This document shows, piece by piece, positions 61,070-64,000 of a stretch of 64,000 bases of DNA (position 1 is the first letter of the stretch; each line of letters starts with the position of its first letter). Location of the stretch: assembly GCA_030704615.1 (NCBI GenBank), contig CM060733.1, forward strand, positions 76,322,001 through 76,386,000, written 5' to 3'. Origin of the DNA: Takakia lepidozioides. Taxonomy: Eukaryota; Plantae; Bryophyta. The notes beneath the pieces were generated by a model. It searched no databases, was not told the DNA's origin, and saw only the letters and a list, made by a program, of their open reading frames with translations. The position numbers and the translations under genes are program-made.

Positions 61070-64000
61070 TTAATCTTGAAAATCATCCGAATCCTCATCC
61101 TGTTCTAGACTGTCCTGCTCCGCCTCCACCCCCTCAGTGCCTTTCTCATCTCCAGCGGACTGCTCGTTGGCCAGGCTTTCGAAAATCCCATCTTCCCTTG
61201 CGGAACTGTCCATCTCACCTCCGTTGGGTCGTCTTCCTCCCTGTCTGCGTCGCTCTCATCTGCTAAATCACATATGTACTTTCGTACTCGTCTACCTGTC
61301 TGAGCTGCTGCCAACTCTTTCCTTATCCTTCTGTCCTCCCTAGCCCTCTCCAAAATCTACTCTACTTTACTGGGATTCTCACTTCTTCTAATCGCTGTAT
61401 TTGCGAGTTTAGCTGCATAACTAGGAAGGGAGTAGTCCCTCACCGGGCTCGTCATGAAGTCGGCCCTCGCAAAGAACGGGACATTCTTCCTGGCAGGAAG
61501 TGTAGGCCCTACATGTTTCGACCCGGACCCTGCAATCCTGCACATGACAATCATCAACGAGACTAATGAGAACCACAGTCGGGAAATTCGTTTGACATAA
61601 ATGACCCAGAAGGCTTTGCAAACTTACAATGTTTGCACTCACTCGTATTCCGGGTTCTCCTCCGCATCAATGTCCACTGTGTCTTCCTCGGACTCCGACG
61701 AATCCGACGAGACTTCCGCTCTGTCGGGAGCCTTAACATTCTATTGCAGCCCTTCCAGATGGGATCCCCACACGGATGAATCCTCCTCGTAGGCAAAGAG
61801 GTGCCGGTCGGAAAACCGCCCAGCCCACATTGAGGCACCTGATACAATGCCATCCACACATTACCACATGGCGCTTCAGATGTTGCGAACTACATCCTAA
61901 CGAGAATTTGCAGAACAGCATAGATCAAGATTCTGCATACCTGTCCCACAGATGAGGTCGAGCACTGTGCCCTCCACGTCTGTGCATGTCTCCATAATTG
62001 TCTGAATGAAGGCAGGGCTCCGAGTCCGTGAGTACCGCAGGGGTTCCGTTGAAGTGAGGCTATCAGGGAGAAGTTCCTTGGGAACGTTGTTGAACAGAAC
62101 GTCGTAATCGAGGGGGTCGCAGTTCGGGTCAACCTTTCCTCCCTCCTTCCGGAAAGCAAAGGTGGAGTTCTCCTTCACAAAGCAGTATGCATCGAACTGC
62201 TTCGTCTGCATACACAGGGGGGAACGATTAGAAACCGAATGTGGCACCGCATTTGAAAACACCCAAGCAAATGAATGGACGAGTGCCAGTGTCGTAATCA
62301 CCTTCTTCCCTTCCGACCGAAGGCCCAGTGTGTTGATGCACGTCCACTTCTTTTTCAGAATCGGGACGGCGCTCTTGCGGGTCCACTTCGCAATTCCTGT
62401 CTGAGTGTTTTTTCCTCTGCTCGCCAGGACAACCACACAGCCTCTGTCGTCCAACACCATGCGGGCAAGCCCGAATCCTTTCTTCCAAAAGTCCTCCGAG
62501 TACCTGTTCCAAGATGGCAAAGCTTGCAGTCCTTCCACAGGCTCTCCGTCCGAAATATCCAAGATGATCATATCGCAAGACCACTCGGTGGCATTTCCGC
62601 CCCTCCTACAATCCTTGTCTGCACACACCCTCTCAAAGAACGAGACCATATTCTGAAATCCTGGGGTGTCGGAAGGCTCTTCGGCAGTCGCCTTCTTCAG
62701 TGCTCTGCCCTTCAGACCCTCCATGGTCTTCATGTATGCCAACTTGGCTGCCCGTCCATCCAAAGCCGCCAAGAAACTCTCATTTACACACTGGACTACT
62801 GTTTCGGGAGCCACTTTCGGCCTCTTCATTTCCACCGGCTCGAAAGGGTGCCCCCCTGGGGGGTTGAAGAGTGCCTTCTTTGCCGAGCCAGTTCTCGTGC
62901 CTCTCGTGACAACGGTGGGCACAGGGGAGGCAGCCTGCGTTTGGGGGGTGGGCTGGTTGCAAAGTCTCCATCGGAGTCCTCTTCCTCACCCTCTTCCTGA
63001 ACAGGCTGTTTCTGCTTCTTCGTTTTGGCGGGTGTCACAACAGCTGCTCCTTGCTGGCGAGTCCTCTTCTTCGACCCCTTCTGTTGGGCCTGCACAGCTG
63101 CATCCACCGTCTTTTGTGCCATCTCAGCTGCCTTTCTGGATTCTTCCAGAGCAGCAGATTCCTTTGCCGACTTTGGCCCAGCAGGGACACGTCTTTCCTT
63201 TCTCTTCTCTTCTGCCAAGGCGTGCAGATCTTTCTCAGACTTGTCAACAATACCGCCAGACATGTCCAGGTACCACGGGCATCCAACGAGATGCGCGGGA
63301 TGCCATTGTTTCTGCATCTCGGGTGTGTAGACACAGCTTGGGCCCGCCACGGTCCAAGCCATGAAGAACGGGGGCTCTTGAGCCAGGGCCCCTGTCTGAA
63401 GGAGCACGTATTTCATATACCTGCAAGGCAGTCAGCATGCGTGAGCAAAAGTTGAGACCAACCTACTCGCAGAGTGCCACCGAAAACATAAAATGCGAAT
63501 GCGGTGCCGCATTTCCGAGACAAACCTCGTAACCAGGCTTCGCATACAAGGGCAGCTGTGCTTCACCTGTAAACAATTCGCATTGCAGCTTTCCCCGCTC
63601 CCTCCTGATGTGTAAACTCCACGCTCCTTCTTGCTGTCTGTAGCTCTCTGGCGAAAAGGTTGTCCTTGTACGCACATCTGAAACGTGTCACGTAGTCTTC
63701 CAATGTCTGTGTTCCATCCCATTTGACGTACAAGCCGAACGAATTTGTGTGCATTACGACTTGCTCCTTCGCATTCGACATTACCTGCGATTCCCAAATG
63801 CATTGTCACGTAGCAGTTCAGGGAATTCATTTCAGAAAAGCAAATCTGGGGAAGTACCTTGAATTACCTGGAACCACCAAGTCATACGGTTGAGCCACAC
63901 ATCCACTGTAGGGTCGGAAACTTCCAGTGGAAAAGACCACATTGTCCTTATGCTCTCGGATGCATTCCAGATCGACAGCCACCGTGTCTGCCATTTCCGA
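61070..64000 (-). pseudogene. Spliced gene for a beta-class amino (N4C/N6A) DNA methyltransferase-like protein with long N-terminus and acidic tail; 5' end outside the window
   Basis: GT-AG introns at 63785-63867, 63421-63566, 62206-62301, 61839-61940 and 61538-61642. Spliced product has DMIILDISDG (motif IV position) then RTRSPAFIQTIMETCTDVEGTVLDLICGTGASMWAGRFSDRHLFAYEED (motifs X-I-II). Two TAG stops and two frameshifts. Confidence 0.72.

Larger units (their letters stand above)
57812..64000. mobile_element. Large MULE-like DNA transposon, left terminus plus cargo genes; continues beyond the window
   Basis: GGGGGCTGCTATTTCATGAGC and (CATGAGC)n mirror the terminus at 15338; shares the 22-bp palindrome with that element; abruptly interrupts a gypsy RT. 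Confidence 0.75.

Overview
Repeat-rich eukaryotic DNA from a land plant, probably a non-seed plant (inference from the TE families and TNL type). A 500-N scaffold gap lies at 10975-11474. There are two host genes: an intronless MKP1-like MAP-kinase phosphatase (4806-6236, +) and a spliced TIR-NB-ARC-LRR gene with about 43 highly repetitive LRRs (42281-48776, -). The rest is nested transposons: CACTA inside CACTA, a very young chromovirus inside an RT-deleted Ty3/gypsy, a copia carrying a SINE, L1 remnants, and a TG..CA insert with DIRS-like RNaseH/tyrosine-recombinase traces. The most interesting object is a Mutator-like DNA transposon family seen twice. At 11475-15338 it shows a transposase and one terminus. 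From 57812 to the window end it shows the matching terminus, a head-to-head pair of paralogous unknown genes, a cluster of 11 copies of a 22-bp palindrome (also in introns and beside the transposase) and a spliced gene for a prokaryote-like beta-class N4C/N6A DNA-methyltransferase-fold protein. This suggests a transposon-borne epigenetic (anti-silencing or self-marking) module. All domain calls are from motif recognition by eye; no searches were run.
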